DNA of 64,000 nucleotides from contig CM022674.1 of the NCBI GenBank assembly GCA_012295275.1, forward strand, positions 3,410,001 through 3,474,000, given 5' to 3'. Positions 27,850 to 53,341 of the stretch are shown here, piece by piece. Origin of the DNA: Chrysomallon squamiferum. Lineage: Eukaryota; Animalia; Mollusca. The position numbers and the translations under genes are program-made. The notes under the pieces were generated by a model. The model did not search any database. It saw nothing but the letters and a program-made list of their open reading frames with translations, and was not told the DNA's origin. Numbering within the stretch: position 1 is the first letter of the stretch; every line of letters starts with the position of its first letter.

Positions 27850-29640
27850 ACTATTATTACTAGTGCTTCTATTATGAGAGTTACATGTATATATGTGTAT
27901 ATGACTGTGTGTTTGTGTGTGTGTCTTTCTCAGTAGTGTTAAAGTGATATGTATTAAAGAAAGAGGGTATAGACTGCGACCAGCCATTGAACTGAAAACG
28001 TATCTCGTGTCACTGTGACGTTAGCATCCACGTAATAGCTAACCTCTGAACTGTTAGTTCATGATACCCATCTGAAGTTACATGTTAAACATCTTTTAGT
28101 GAGGGAGAATAATAGTGATGAATTGATGAGCTTAAAAGATTGTTAGTAAAAAATATGGCGATTAAATCTATCTCTGCTTTCCTCTGTTTGACAAATAACA
28201 ATTAAAAACAGACAGAAATGTAAGTGAGAGAAAGGTAAATCCCCATTTATTATTTTTTCAAATGTTAATTCACAATATAGACGATTAAATCATATCAATT
28301 ACATTCATTTGTATTCATATATGGATAGATACGTACCCGTATATTGTCTATATGCAGAGTCTAATCACACTACATAAGACAACAGAATATAACATTGTAT
28401 ACATATGCACGTACACCACACGAGCGACATATTTTAAACCTAATTGTCACGATCTTGTTATTATTACACCATCTACCAGTAATATGATATCTGCCAACCA
28501 GAAAGATTTTGAAGATGATCAAATTTCAAGATGGGACTTTAAGTAAGAATAAAACATTATACCAGCATCTTACTGACTGAAAGAATTCAATGAACGTCTT
28601 GTATCGAACAAATGAATTGGTTTAAAGAAATGTTTATCCTTTATGCTTGTTGAAATTAGACCTGTTAGATGTCTCTCTCGTGCTGACCTCGTAATCTGAG
28701 ACTTTTAGGACAAAAGATGTTGAGACTACTTCTTATCAGCCACGTAAAACAGATTTGTCACAAAACACCTTCGATTCAAAATACTATTCTGCATTTGAGA
28801 GAGAGAGAGAAATTAAATTGAAAGCCAATGCTGTATCATGTTTTAGTATATTCCTCGCACAGTAATGTTATTAGAAAAAAAATAAGTAAAATAAAAAATA
28901 ATGCATTTTTTCCTTTTATTGTACTGATTTAAAATTAAATCACTAATGTTAAATAAAAAGAACTAAACTCAAACAAATCGGGAGTAAATGAACAAGCAAA
29001 ATAAATAATCAACGAAAATTACAGTTAAAAGATGATAATTATTATCGAGGTCTCCTTTTAATTATTATTATTATTATTATTATTGTTGTTGTTGTTGTTG
29101 TTGTTGTTATTGTTGTTATTGTTGTTGTTGTTGTTGTTTTCGTTATAATTATTGCTAATGACACGTCTATTATTACTGATGGTAAATCGATAACTTCTTT
29201 ATTTCTGCTCTGCAGTTGCTGTTACCAATACTAATTTGTCCTTAGTATTGATATTGCTACTACTACTATTACTACTACAACTACTACTGCTATTTGCACC
29301 AGCATAATATATACTATATCTGCTGTATTACTGCTACAACAAACTACAACAACAATAATTACTACATCTACTGCTATTACTACTAGTACTTCCACTATGA
29401 GAGTTACATGTATATATGTGTATATGACTGTGTGTTTGTGTGTGTGTCTTTCTCAGTAGTATTAAAGTGATATGTATTAAAGAAAGAGGGTATAGACTGC
29501 GACCAGCCATTGAACTGAAAACGTGTCTCGTGTCACTGTGACATTAGTATCCAGGTCATAGCTAACCTCTGAACTGTTAGTTCATGATACCCGTCCGAAG
29601 TTACATTTTGTATTAAATCTATCTCTGCTTTCCTTTGTTT
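27850..29640. repeat. Pair of ~250-330-bp direct repeats (27850-28190 and 29380-29640), possibly LTR-derived
   Basis: A near-identical block atgagagttacatgtatatatgtg...gtattaaagaaagagggtatagactgcgaccagccattgaactgaaaacg...gaagttaca occurs in both. The first copy follows the RNase H end. No clean TG...CA termini, PBS or PPT were identified. Confidence 0.7.
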
Positions 29641-29653
29641 TATAAATAATAAC

Positions 29654-29739
<86 letters not shown>

Positions 29740-30111
29740 TAAGAAGAAGAAGAAGAAGATGAAGAAGAAGAAGAAAAATGCCAACAATAATTGCACGTTT
29801 TCATACATATATATATATACAGACCAACACATACACACATAGATACACGTATACGCACAAACAAACACATTCACATACACATACACAAAAACAAAAATAA
29901 TAATAAAAACATAATAATAACAACAGATGCAGGCAAAAATTACGAAACACAAAAGAATGACGTGCTTCGTGGGAAGCGATGATTACCCTCGGTTATAAAG
30001 CAACTTTTTTTCAGTGTTGTCTCGATGGCTGAAAGTTAACATCGTTCGCCTTTAGAGAGCGGACGAATGGGTGTAAGTAGTTATCTGTGTGTAATATCTA
30101 AATAATAACTA

Positions 30112-30304
<193 letters not shown>

Positions 30305-31314
30305 TAGAAAGTGGCTTTCTTGTATCAGAGACAGGCTGTGGACATGATGTGCTGTGTATAGATGACACACCCAGGTTGATCATGTTTGAAGTTTTATACG
30401 TAAACAACATACGTAAAAAATAAGTACGCAGAGAACTGTAGAAAAAAAATGATAATATTTAGTATGCATACAGTATTAGATACAGGTCTACGTACGTACT
30501 TGCATACATACGCACACATATAGGTATCTACGTACCTACATATACGTATCCATAAATACACACATACATCCACACATACATGGAGCCGTTTTTAAGGTAT
30601 TTGGCCATTTCAACGAAACCTTCATAGCTATCCACTGAAAGACTGCTGATGCTTATAGAGACATTATTGTTTATCGATTACAATACAGAGTTTGATAGGT
30701 TGCCTTCAACAACATCGTCGTGGGATACACTTATATAACTGAGTCTGTGATGACTCATCGGTCCGCAGTGTAAGTAATCAATGAAGCAGCCTTTATCATC
30801 GTACGGGCAACGATGTCAAAGAGTGAAACTAGCTAGGTGGGACGCCATAGAAAATTGTCTTGTGCATCCCCAACAGCATTTACATTACGTTAGCCCAGTG
30901 TAAGAGAGAACCACGTCGCATACTTTTTAACTTTGTGTTGCTAGCCTGATCCAAAGCTCTCTCTACAATACAAGTGAAGGTTACATTATTTAGTAGTTGC
31001 ACTGACGGTGCATAGGTGTTACTAACATTTTGCAGTCAGGTCATAGTCCCTAGTTTTCCTCTACACAAGTGAAAAAACTAACGATGTAATCCGAGCAGGC
31101 TGTTGTAAAGAACGCCTACGGTACTCCGTCTTTCCGAGAAAACCAGGGCTCGGTTTAATTCGTAGAATTTGTGACGTTGTCAAACCAAAATTTTATGCAA
31201 ATGAACAGGTAATATATAAAACGCGTAAACGGCTACTGACCACATTCTTCATACCCGATCTACCTTTGACAAAGTTCTAACATACAAGGGAAAAAACAAG
31301 AAGACATTTTGGAG

Positions 31315-31360
31315 ATGGCGAAACTGGTGATTTTCTTGGCTCTTTTAGTTTTCGCTACTG
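31315..31360 (+). CDS. Signal-peptide exon copy 1 (MAKLVIFLALLVFAT+G), possible alternative first exon of gene 3
   Basis: gagATGG start context; 15 codons plus 1 nt; donor G|gtcagt; TATATAAA at 31213 and Inr A at 31244. Confidence 0.7.
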
Positions 31361-31658
31361 GTCAGTATTAGTTATATTTTTCAATATCTGTTGTAGTTGT
31401 TACTAGCAGTTATAGAAGTAGTCATTATTCTCGTAGAGGTAATAGTAGTAGTTGCTGTTGTTGTAGTTGTAGCGCGGGCTGCTTGGGGGAAAATCTGGCA
31501 CAGTGTAACACTTTCTTTTCGTTCTATTTTTCATTTCCTTTTCTTTCTAATTTTAATTTTAATTTTTGTTTTAATTTTAATTTTAATTTTAATTTTTCTT
31601 TTTACTTTATTTTTATTTTCTTAAATTTTCTGAAATTAATTTAATTTAATTTAATTTA

Positions 31659-31706
<48 letters not shown>

Positions 31707-32448
31707 TAATGAAAGTGTTTTCGAAGGAATCAGCACCGTGTAACACTTTCCTTTCATTTTATTATTTTTCTTTTCTTTTTAATTTTTATTATAATTTTTT
31801 TTTTTTTTTTTTTTTTTTTCAGTTTCAATTTTAATTTCAATTTTAATTTTAATATTTATTTTAATCTCAATTTTAATTTTGATTTTAACTTCAAATATAA
31901 ATTTAATTTTATTATTATTATTATTAATATTCTCTCTCACCTCAATCAATAACAATGACGTAACATCAATTACAGTCGAATGACATAAATAAGTTAGTGT
32001 GTCTATTTTTATCTTTCTCTTTTCCTCTCTCATCATAGCAATAAATGCTTCAGTTATTATTTGATTATAATCAATAATAACGATCCAAAGCTCTCTCTAC
32101 AATACAAGTGAAGGTTACATTATTTAGTAGTTGCACTGACGGTGCATAGGTGTTACTAACATTTTGCAGTCAGGTCATAGGTCCCTAGTTTTCCTCTACA
32201 CAAGTGAAAAAATTAACGATGTAATCAGTGCAGGCTGTTGTAAAGAACGCCTACGGTACTCCGTCTTTCCGAGAAACCAGGGCTCGGTTTAATTCGTAGA
32301 ATTTGTGACGTTGTCAAACCAAAATTTTATGCAAATGAACAGGTAATATATAAAACGCGTAAACGGCTACTGACCACATTCTTCATACCCGATCTACCTT
32401 TGACAAGGTGTGAACATAGAAGGGAAAAAACAAGAAGACATTTTGGAG

Positions 32449-32494
32449 ATGGCGAAACTGGTGATTTTCTTGGCTCTTTTAGTTTTCGCTACTG
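32449..32494 (+). CDS. Signal-peptide exon copy 2
   Basis: Coding sequence and donor identical to copy 1. Confidence 0.7.
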
Positions 32495-32799
32495 GTCAGT
32501 ATTAGTTATATTTTTCAATATCTGTTGTAGTTGTTACTAGCAGTTATAGAAGTAGTCATTATTCTCGTAGAGGTAATAGTAGTAGTTGCTGTTGTTGTAG
32601 TTGTAGCGCGGGCTGCTTGGGGGAAAATCTGGCACAGTGTAACACTTTCTTTTCGTTCTATTTTTCATTTCCTTTTCTTTCTAATTTTAATTTTAATTTT
32701 TTTTTAATTTTAATTTTAATTTTAATTTTTCTTTTTTTTACTTTATTTTTATTTTCTTAAATTTTCTGAAATTAATTTAATTTAATTTAATTTAATTTA

Positions 32800-32856
<57 letters not shown>

Positions 32857-32943
32857 TTAATGAAAGTGTTTTCGAAGGAATCAGCACCGTGTAACACTTT
32901 CCTTTCATTTTATTATTTTTCTTTTCTTTTTAATTTTTATTAT

Positions 32944-32978
<35 letters not shown>

Positions 32979-33607
32979 CAGTTTCAATTTTAATTTCAAT
33001 TTTAATTTTAATATTTATTTTAATCTCAATTTTAATTTTGATTTTAACTTCAAATATAAATTTAATTTTATTATTATTATTATTAATATTCTCTCTCACC
33101 TCAATCAATAACAATGACGTAACATCAATTACAGTCGAATGACATAAATAAGTTAGTGTGTCTATTTTTATCTTTCTCTTTTCCTCTCTCATCATAGCAA
33201 TAAATGCTTCAGTTATTATTTGATTATAATCAATAATAACGATCCAAAGCTCTCTCTACAATACAAGTGAAGGTTACATTATTTAGTAGTTGCACTGACG
33301 GTGCATAGGTGTTACTAACATTTTGCAGTCAGGTCATAGGTCCCTAGTTTTCCTCTACACAAGTGAAAAAATTAACGATGTAATCAGTGCAGGCTGTTGT
33401 AAAGAACGCCTACGGTACTCCGTCTTTCCGAGAAACCAGGGCTCGGTTTAATTCGTAGAATTTGTGACGTTGTCAAACCAAAATTTTATGCAAATGAACA
33501 GGTAATATATAAAACGCGTAAACGGCTACTGACCACATTCTTCATACCCGATCTACCTTTGACAAGGTGTGAACATAGAAGGGAAAAAACAAGAAGACAT
33601 TTTGGAG

Positions 33608-33653
33608 ATGGCGAAACTGGTGATTTTCTTGGCTCTTTTAGTTTTCGCTACTG
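33608..33653 (+). CDS. Signal-peptide exon copy 3
   Basis: Coding sequence and donor identical to copy 1. Confidence 0.7.
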
Positions 33654-33951
33654 GTCAGTATTAGTTATATTTTTCAATATCTGTTGTAGTTGTTACTAGC
33701 AGTTATAGAAGTAGTCATTATTCTCGTAGAGGTAATAGTAGTAGTTGCTGTTGTTGTAGTTGTAGCGCGGGCTGCTTGGGGGAAAATCTGGCACAGTGTA
33801 ACACTTTCTTTTCGTTCTATTTTTCATTTCCTTTTCTTTCTAATTTTAATTTTAATTTTTGTTTTAATTTTAATTTTAATTGTAATTTTTCTTTTTACTT
33901 TATTTTTATTTTCTTAAATTTTCTGAAATTAATTTAATTTAATTTAATTTA

Positions 33952-34005
<54 letters not shown>

Positions 34006-34747
34006 TAATGAAAGTGTTTTCGAAGGAATCAGCACCGTGTAACACTTTCCTTTCATTTTATTATTTTTCTTTTCTTTTTAATTTTTATTATAATTTTTTT
34101 TTTTTTTTTTTTTTTAATTTCAGTTTCAATTTTAATTTCAATTTTAATTTTAATATTTATTTTAATCTCAATTTTAATTTTGATTTTAACTTCAAATATA
34201 AATTTAATTTTATTATTATTATTATTAATATTCTCTCTCACCTCAATCAATAACAATGACGTAACATCAATTACAGTCGAATGACATAAATAAGTTAGTG
34301 TGTCTATTTTTATCTTTCTCTTTTCCTCTCTCATCATAGCAATAAATGCTTCAGTTATTATTTGATTATAATCAATAATAACGATCCAAAGCTCTCTACA
34401 ATACAAGTGAAGGTTACATTATTTAGTAGTTGCACTGACGGTGCATAGGTGTTACTAACATTTTGCAGTCAGGTCATAGGTCCCTAGTTTTCCTCTACAC
34501 AAGTGAAAAAATTAACGATGTAATCAGTGCAGGCTGTTGTAAAGAACGCCTACGGTACTCCGTCTTTCCGAGAAACCAGGGCTCGGTTTAATTCGTAGAA
34601 TTTGTGACGTTGTCAAACCAAAATTTTATGCAAATGAACAGGTAATATATAAAACGCGTAAACGGCTACTGACCACATTCTTCATACCCGATCTACCTTT
34701 GACAAGGTGTGAACATAGAAGGGAAAAAACAAGAAGACATTTTGGAG

Positions 34748-34793
34748 ATGGCGAAACTGGTGATTTTCTTGGCTCTTTTAGTTTTCGCTACTG
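34748..34793 (+). CDS. Signal-peptide exon copy 4
   Basis: Coding sequence and donor identical to copy 1. Confidence 0.7.
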
Positions 34794-35091
34794 GTCAGTA
34801 TTAGTTATATTTTTCAATATCTGTTGTAGTTGTTACTAGCAGTTATAGAAGTAGTCATTATTCTCGTAGAGGTAATAGTAGTAGTTGCTGTTGTTGTAGT
34901 TGTAGCGCGGGCTGCTTGGGGGAAAATCTGGCACAGTGTAACACTTTCTTTTCGTTCTATTTTTCATTTCCTTTTCTTTCTAATTTTAATTTTAATTTTT
35001 GTTTTAATTTTAATTTTAATTTTAATTTTTCTTTTTACTTTATTTTTATTTTCTTAAATTTTCTGAAATTAATTTAATTTAATTTAATTTA

Positions 35092-35145
<54 letters not shown>

Positions 35146-35231
35146 TAATGAAAGTGTTTTCGAAGGAATCAGCACCGTGTAACACTTTCCTTTCATTTTA
35201 TTATTTTTCTTTTCTTTTTAATTTTTATTAT

Positions 35232-35266
<35 letters not shown>

Positions 35267-35773
35267 CAGTTTCAATTTTAATTTCAATTTTAATTTTAAT
35301 ATTTATTTTAATCTCAATTTTAATTTTGATTTTAACTTCAAATATAAATTTAATTTTATTATTATTATTATTAATATTCTCTCTCACCTCAATCAATAAC
35401 AATGACGTAACATCAATTACAGTCGAATGACATAAATAAGTTAGTGTGTCTATTTTTATCTTTCTCTTTTCCTCTCTCATCATAGCAATAAATGCTTCAG
35501 TTATTATTTGATTATAATCAATAATAACGATCCAAAGCTCTCTACAATACAAGTGAAGGTTACATTATTTAGTAGTTGCACTGACGGTGCATAGGTGTTA
35601 CTAACATTTTGCAGTCAGGTCATAGGTCCCTAGTTTTCCTCTACACAAGTGAAAAAATTAACGATGTAATCAGTGCAGGCTGTTGTAAAGAACGCCTACG
35701 GTACTCCGTCTTTCCGAGAAACCAGGGCTCGGTTTAATTCGTAGAATTTGTGACGTTGTCAAACCAAAATTTT

Positions 35774-35826
35774 ATGCAAATGAACAGGTAATATATAAAA
35801 CGCGTAAACGGCTACTGACCACATTC
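35774..35826 (+). promoter_or_regulatory. Proximal core promoter of gene 3: octamer ATGCAAAT, TATA box and Inr
   Basis: ATGCAAAT at 35774-35781, TATATAAA at 35792-35799, and cA(+1)ttc at 35823, exactly 31 nt after the first T of the TATA box. The same spacing occurs in gene 4 and in the repeat copies. Confidence 0.72.
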
Positions 35827-35893
35827 TTCATACCCGATCTACCTTTGACAAGGTGTGAACATAGAAGGGAAAAAACAAGAAGACATTTTGGAG

Positions 35894-42415
<6,522 letters not shown>

Positions 42416-42574
42416 ATCAGTTAGAAACATGTACGTATTAAAATGAAACAGTTTTGTTTAAACAAATTTTAATTACAATTACAAACGGGTTTCTGTTAGT
42501 TTGAAACATTTAAAAGTTCTTCTTCCTAAGCAGAAACTGAAACATTATCAAAACGGTTTATTTTGTTCTTTCAT

Positions 42575-42662
<88 letters not shown>

Positions 42663-44403
42663 CTATGTAATGATTGTATATATTTATTTATTTACATTTT
42701 TCATCCTTTTGCTATTCATTGTCTTTGCATCTCTTTTAGTAACCTTTAATCTACGTATTATCTGATTACTGCAGAATTAAGACACTTTTCCCAAATGAAT
42801 TCATTCTATCTAAAGTTTTCAGTTTATACAAAAACGATAAAAGATAAATGCATTTTGGCTAAAGTTAAAACTTTCATCACTCAGAAAAACATTGAATTTC
42901 TTTCTACCTGATGCCCATGTACAACTATGTAAGCATACATAATTATATATTCATATATATTGTCACACACTCATATGTTAATACTTATAATAATTATTCT
43001 TCTTATTTTTATTATGTGTGTGTGTGTGTCTGCAAACATTTTACATGAAGGCAAAAAATGATGACTACTTCCATTACTGTATTTTCCTCAAACACGCATG
43101 CATGCAAGCACACACACATTATATACAAACTAACATTATATAGAATACATTCTTTACAATAGTTATATTCTATTTGTGACACTTGTTAATGTTTCGGTCG
43201 TTTGTTCCTCCTTTCATGTCGAACATTCGTTCTTTCATTGCTATGACATCATCGCTTTTCTTTCGTTTCAGGTGAATGCTGATGGATAACTTTGTGATAA
43301 CCAGAGACTTAGTGACGTAAATTTGCTCCACGTAAACTCAGCACTATTAATACTTTTGTGATTCTGCAGTACTAACTTTTTATTGACTAATACAAGATGA
43401 CTTCTGAGTCCTTCTTAATTCCATGAAAGTATCATTTTTTTTCTTCTGGTCTGTGAAGATATCATCTTGTATTGTATAGTATTTTGTATCGTATTATTCT
43501 AGATAATGTACTAAACAGGAGATATTTAATCAGAGATGCAGAAGAATAACTGGAACGGTAATAATAACTGGTGTGTTTTTAGTTTAAATATTCAGATTAA
43601 TAAAATACCTTTAATTATAAAATTTTGAGAATATTTCGGTAAAATAATTTACCATATTTAACTATAATTATGACCCAGAAAAAAATATTTGATTAACGCT
43701 CAGAATTTATATTTTGTAATAAATGTTGTAATGATTTCCAAAAGATTTGTGTTATTTGTTAGAACTGATTTTTTTTATTTGTAAACATAGAGAAAGAAGA
43801 AATGTCTATGTTCGTGCTACATGTTTTTTCTTCGTTTTGTTTTTGTTTTCCACGTTCAGATATACCGATAATTTTACCCAGTTCATGAATCAGTCAGCAG
43901 AGTATGTTAAAGTGTCACAGAGATAAAATTTCTTTATTAATGTACAAGTGTTGTATCTGTTAGATATAATTAGCTATGAGAGTAGCCGTTAGTAGGATCC
44001 GATCACAGAAACTATTATTTAAAAGCAAAAGACGTAACCACAACACTTTCACTTTCAGTTAAAGAGTATTTTAATTAAGTCGCAAACCTCACAACAAAAT
44101 ATAATTACAGAAGCTATGAACAGCACGGTTTGATAAAGTAAGCGAAATAACTCTAGCAATATACTGTTCCACGAGAGTTGTTTCCCTTGACTGTTTCGTA
44201 TTCCTCCTTTTCGTGATTTAGATATTCTCGAATTTGTTTTTCTGTTGTTTCTTTTGCAATTTTGTTTGTTATTGTTTTCTTTTGTATTCTTGTTTCCACT
44301 TTTTATTTATTTATTTTTTTGTATTGATTTTTAATGTATTATTTTTGTTTTATTATTATTATTATTAATATTATTTTTATTTTTTTATTTTATTATTATT
44401 ATT

Positions 44404-44443
<40 letters not shown>

Positions 44444-44500
44444 CTTTATCATTATCATTATCATTATTATATTATTATAATTATTATTATTATTATTATT

Positions 44501-44560
<60 letters not shown>

Positions 44561-45370
44561 TTTTTTTTTTTTTTTTTGGATGTCTTTCTTCTATTTCTTA
44601 TTTTCTTCTTTATAGCAATTATTACGTTAATATTTAGGTGGCAGATAAACCTTCAGGCTTACATTTTATTGTGCTTATTTCACACTTTAGATATTCATTG
44701 AAATTAGCTTCACAGGATTTGTTTAAAATTTGAAATGTTTGATAGTGTAGTGTAACATTTACTTCAGCTGGACCATGGATTCTGCTGATCAAGTTTCTGT
44801 GAAACCTAATTAAACAGTTATATGACGAGTTTTATTTTTCGCGTTAACGAATATTTACATATAATTTATTCTGACGTTTTAACGTGGTTTTAAAACACAT
44901 TCACGTACCCGTATTTTTGTTATCAGCATTACGTCACAGTTGCTGTAAACTTGGTTTTATGGAAGCACTGTTTTAATACGTATGTTCAGTAGAAATATGA
45001 ATAAGAAACTGTAATTCTTTTATAATCTTTACATCAAAAATATTACTACTGCCACTACAACCACTACTACTACTGCTAGTCCTGCCACAGAATAAGGTAT
45101 ACTAGGAATACTGTGTTACTGCTACAACAAACTACAACAAAAACAATTACTACTACTACTAAAGGACACCTACCAGATACTAAGCTACTAACGTTATTAC
45201 CACTACAGCTGTAACTACTATTGCTACTATTACAGCTACCATTATAAATGTTATTCCCAGAGTACTTCTACTATTACTATTACTTCTACTTCTACTTCTG
45301 CTAGTAATGATATTAAAATGAAATATATGTGTACAAACATAACAAAGAAAAAAAGTATATATTATGAAAG

Positions 45371-45475
<105 letters not shown>

Positions 45476-46346
45476 CTGAACTCAAACAATCAAAATTTGT
45501 TCAATAATGTACAAGTGTTGCAGTTTTACATTCATTTATCAGAAGCAGCCGTTAGCAGGATCCGATCCCAGACGCTATTATTTCAAAGCTGAAAGACATA
45601 ACCATAGGACTTTCACGTTCACACAGAATTTTAAAGACGCCACGAGCCTGACAATAAAATATAGTTAAGGAAACTTTAATAAAACGCGTGTTGAAAAAAA
45701 CCAAGCGACTCAAGCAAGATACTGTTGAAAGAGAGTTCTTTCCCTTGGTTGTTTCGTATTCATACTTGTTCTCGTGATATTTTTATTCTTTATTTTTATT
45801 TATTTATTTATTTATTTATTTTTTTTTTTTTTTTTTTTTTTTTTCGTTGTCTTTCTTCTACTTCTGCTCTCTAACAACTACTCTGTTGATATTTAATTCG
45901 CGGATAAATGTTCAGGCTTACATTTTATTGTACTTATCTCACATACTAGATATTCCGTGAAATTAGCTTTCAAACATTTTATTTTTTTATTTTATTATTA
46001 TTATTATTATTTTTTTAAATCTTAAGTGTTTTAGAATGTAGTGTAACATAACCTTCAGCTGCATTGTGGATTCTGCTGAAAAAAAGTTTCCAGGAAATTA
46101 ATCAAGCTGTTATATGAAGATTTTTCTTTTCCGCTTAAAGAATATTTAGATAACATTTTTTATGACGTACGAACGTGGTTTCAAAGCACATTCGCGTACC
46201 CTTATTTCTGCCATTGTCATTATGCCACAGTTCCTAGAGAAGCTGTGTTTTAGTAGGTATGCTCAGAAGAAGGAACCATACGAAATTGAATTACTTTTAG
46301 AATCTTTACATCATAGATTTCTGACTGTTAAAACAATTGTGTACAA

Positions 46347-46407
<61 letters not shown>

Positions 46408-46637
46408 GTTATTGTTATTGTTATTATGTGAACTGTTAATTCCAAATCACCCTTTTATTTGCGATATATTGACATTTCGTCAACATCCAAGATATGTTTT
46501 AAACCGTGACGTTAACGTCCTAGATGCAAATGTTAATTACTTGTGTGTTTTATTTCTTACATCTAGTTCAAAGTTTTACTCTTCACTTTACAATAAAGTA
46601 AAATAATAAATAAATAAATAACAACAACAACAACAAC

Positions 46638-46683
<46 letters not shown>

Positions 46684-48415
46684 GTGATAATAATAATAAT
46701 CAAAAAAAAAAAAAAAAAAAGAGAAAATTACAACAATAAAATTATACCAGAAGACCCAAAACAATACGAAACAAATCTCCGAGAATCCCGAAAATCAGCT
46801 TAGAAGAAAAACAAAAAGAAAAGAAAAAGAAACAAACGTAACAGAAAAACTCAAACAAAGCAAAAACAACATAATGCACAAACACAGACATTTCTTATTT
46901 CTCCATGTTGAGAAAGAAACAACGACATTTTTAACATATAACACAAATCTTTTGAAAATCATTAGAAAATTTGTTACAAAATATACATTCTGAGTGTTAT
47001 TCAGTTAATAATATATTCTTTTCTGGGTCATAAGTACAGTTAAATGTTATAAATTATTGCAGCGAAATAGTCTCAAAACCTTATAATTAATTACATATTA
47101 TTAATCTGACTATTGAAAGTATAAACACACCCCTAATTATTTTCGACCAGACAAATATATGTTACTTTCAAGAATTAACAAGGACTCAGAAATCGTCTTG
47201 TATTAGTCAATCAAAAAGTTAATACTGCAGAATCACAAACGTAATAATAGTGCTGAGTTTACGTGGAGCAAATTTACGTCACTAAGTCATTGGTGGTGAC
47301 AATGTTATCCATGAGGATTCACCTGAAACGAAAAGAAAGAGATGATGACATATCAATGAAAGAATGAATGTTCGAAAAGAAGAACAAACGAACGAATGAC
47401 CGAAATATTAACAGAGTGCCACAAATCGAATATGACTTTCGTAATGAATTTGTGTATAATGTTAGTCTGTAACAAGTATGTGTCTGTGTGTGATTGTGTG
47501 CGTCTGTGCGTGCGTATGTGTGTAAAGGACAGCAATTTATCTAGTCATCATATCTTGCCTCCACGTACAATATTTGCAAAAAATAAAATAAAAATAAAAA
47601 ATAAAAAATGTCTTTGTATATGTGTGTGTCCCTATGTATATGAATATATAATTATGAATTTTTGTTCATATCTATGCATGAGCATCGGGTAGTTATGAAA
47701 GTTTTCACTTTCACCAAAATGCATTTAACCTTAAGTTTTTATAATGATTATATCAACTGAAAACTTCAGATAGAATGAATTAATTTACAAACAAGTTGCT
47801 TAATTTTGCAGTAATGAGAAAATATGTACAGAAAAGTTACTATAAGAGATACAGAGACAATAAATAGCAAAAGGATAATAAATGCAAATAAATAATAATA
47901 ATAATAATAATAATATATGAGTGTCTGTGTGTGTCAGTAAGGAACAAAATTATAATTAATAAAATATACAAAACAAACGTACATAAATACATAAATAGAA
48001 AGAAACATATAGGAATAAATAAATTAATTAATTAATTAATAAGTAAATAAATAAATCAATTTATAAATAAGTAAATAAATAAATAAATAAATAAGTAAAT
48101 AGATAAACAGTTAAAGCAATAAGTAAATATATAAATAAATAAATAGTGAGAGGAATAAATAAATAAATAAAGGATTAAAGGAACAAATAAATAAACAAAC
48201 ACTAAATATGTAAATAAATAAATAAATAAATAAGTAAATAAACACATAAAGTAATAAAAAAATTAATTAATTAATTAATTAATAAGTAAATAAATAAGTA
48301 AATAGATAAATAGTTAAAGCAATAAATAAATATATAAATAAATAAATAGTGAAAGGAATAAGTAAATAAATAAATAAATAAATTAAATAAATAATTCAGG
48401 ACTTACAGATGGCGG

Positions 48416-52008
<3,593 letters not shown>

Positions 52009-52086
52009 CTCCAAAATTTCTTCTTGTTTTGTTTTTGTTTTTTTCCTTGTATGTTCGCACCTTGTCAAATGTAGATCTGGTATGAA

Positions 52087-52121
52087 GAATGCGGCTTCTA
52101 ACCGTTTACGCGCTTTATATA
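52087..52121 (-). promoter_or_regulatory. Core promoter of gene 4 (TATATAAA and Inr)
   Basis: Minus-strand TATATAAA at 52121-52114, gcA(+1)ttc at 52090 (31 nt downstream), and ATG at 52008. Confidence 0.72.
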
Positions 52122-52313
52122 TACCCGTTCATTTCCCACAGAACGGCCCCCTGGATTTGTCAGGCAGCAAGACAATAGCTTGCTCGGATTACATCGTAAA
52201 TTTTCCTTAGTTCAGTTCAATCCAGTCACAAATCTCTTTCAGTGAATGCGTGTGTGTGTGTGTCTTTGTGTTCACATATATATTGACACATACATCTTTC
52301 TCGCTCTTTCTCA

Positions 52314-52399
<86 letters not shown>

Positions 52400-52589
52400 C
52401 TTTCTCTAGTCTCTCTCATTCCTATATCTAAACGAACTACATAATGTTTTCTACACTGCATTGACGTAATAATGTGCATAAACTCAGATTCATATTTATT
52501 TATTTATTTAATTAATCCGTTTAGAGAATAATGAGTTCTTTCCCAGAAGAAATTAATAATATTGGTTGTTAATTAATAATAATAATGAC

Positions 52590-52599
<10 letters not shown>

Positions 52600-52633
<34 letters not shown>

Positions 52634-53065
52634 AATAAAAAAAATACAAGTGTTTTCAAGGAAAACGTAATATGAGCTACAGTGACGCCCAACATAAATT
52701 AGGTTATATATAGTATATATATTTGTTATTTTAGGAATGATTTATGTTAGTTCTGTCATTTCTAAATCATTAACGTTGTAGCTTTAGAAACTGACACCGG
52801 TACACAATTACGTGAGAGACTTTGAACTGAGTGAATAACGGCTTCGTTCAGAGTAGCTGACGGTATTATAAATCATCTTATATTATCAAATCATCTCACT
52901 TTTCATTAAATATGTTACAGGAAAGTAAAATCACATTAAGATAATCATACTATGCGACCTTTAAAATTACTGGTTGGAGATTCAGAATTGACTAATTTAG
53001 CTGTATGATGCATGGGCTACATTACTAACTACTGTCACTGAATTATTTAAGAGACAGGGATTTTT
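52600..53065 (-). other. Orphan fragment of family intron 1
   Basis: Duplicates ~50610-50885 and is homologous, inverted, to ~14760-15310; no flanking coding exons. Confidence 0.7.
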
Positions 53066-53078
53066 TAGTTTAAAAAAA

Positions 53079-53123
<45 letters not shown>

Positions 53124-53252
53124 TGCACGAGTTTAATACACAAACACAGGCACACATTCTCACGCAAATACATAGAATCACACACTCAGCACACACATAC
53201 CCCAAACTTACCCAGAATCCAAGTCCGTAAGACTGATTTTAAAATTCGCAGA

Positions 53253-53341
<89 letters not shown>

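Noticed and set aside
27850-29640. Direct repeats as the two LTRs of an intact small retroelement
   Set aside because: No clear TG...CA ends, PBS, PPT or target-site duplication, and the interior has no coding remnant.
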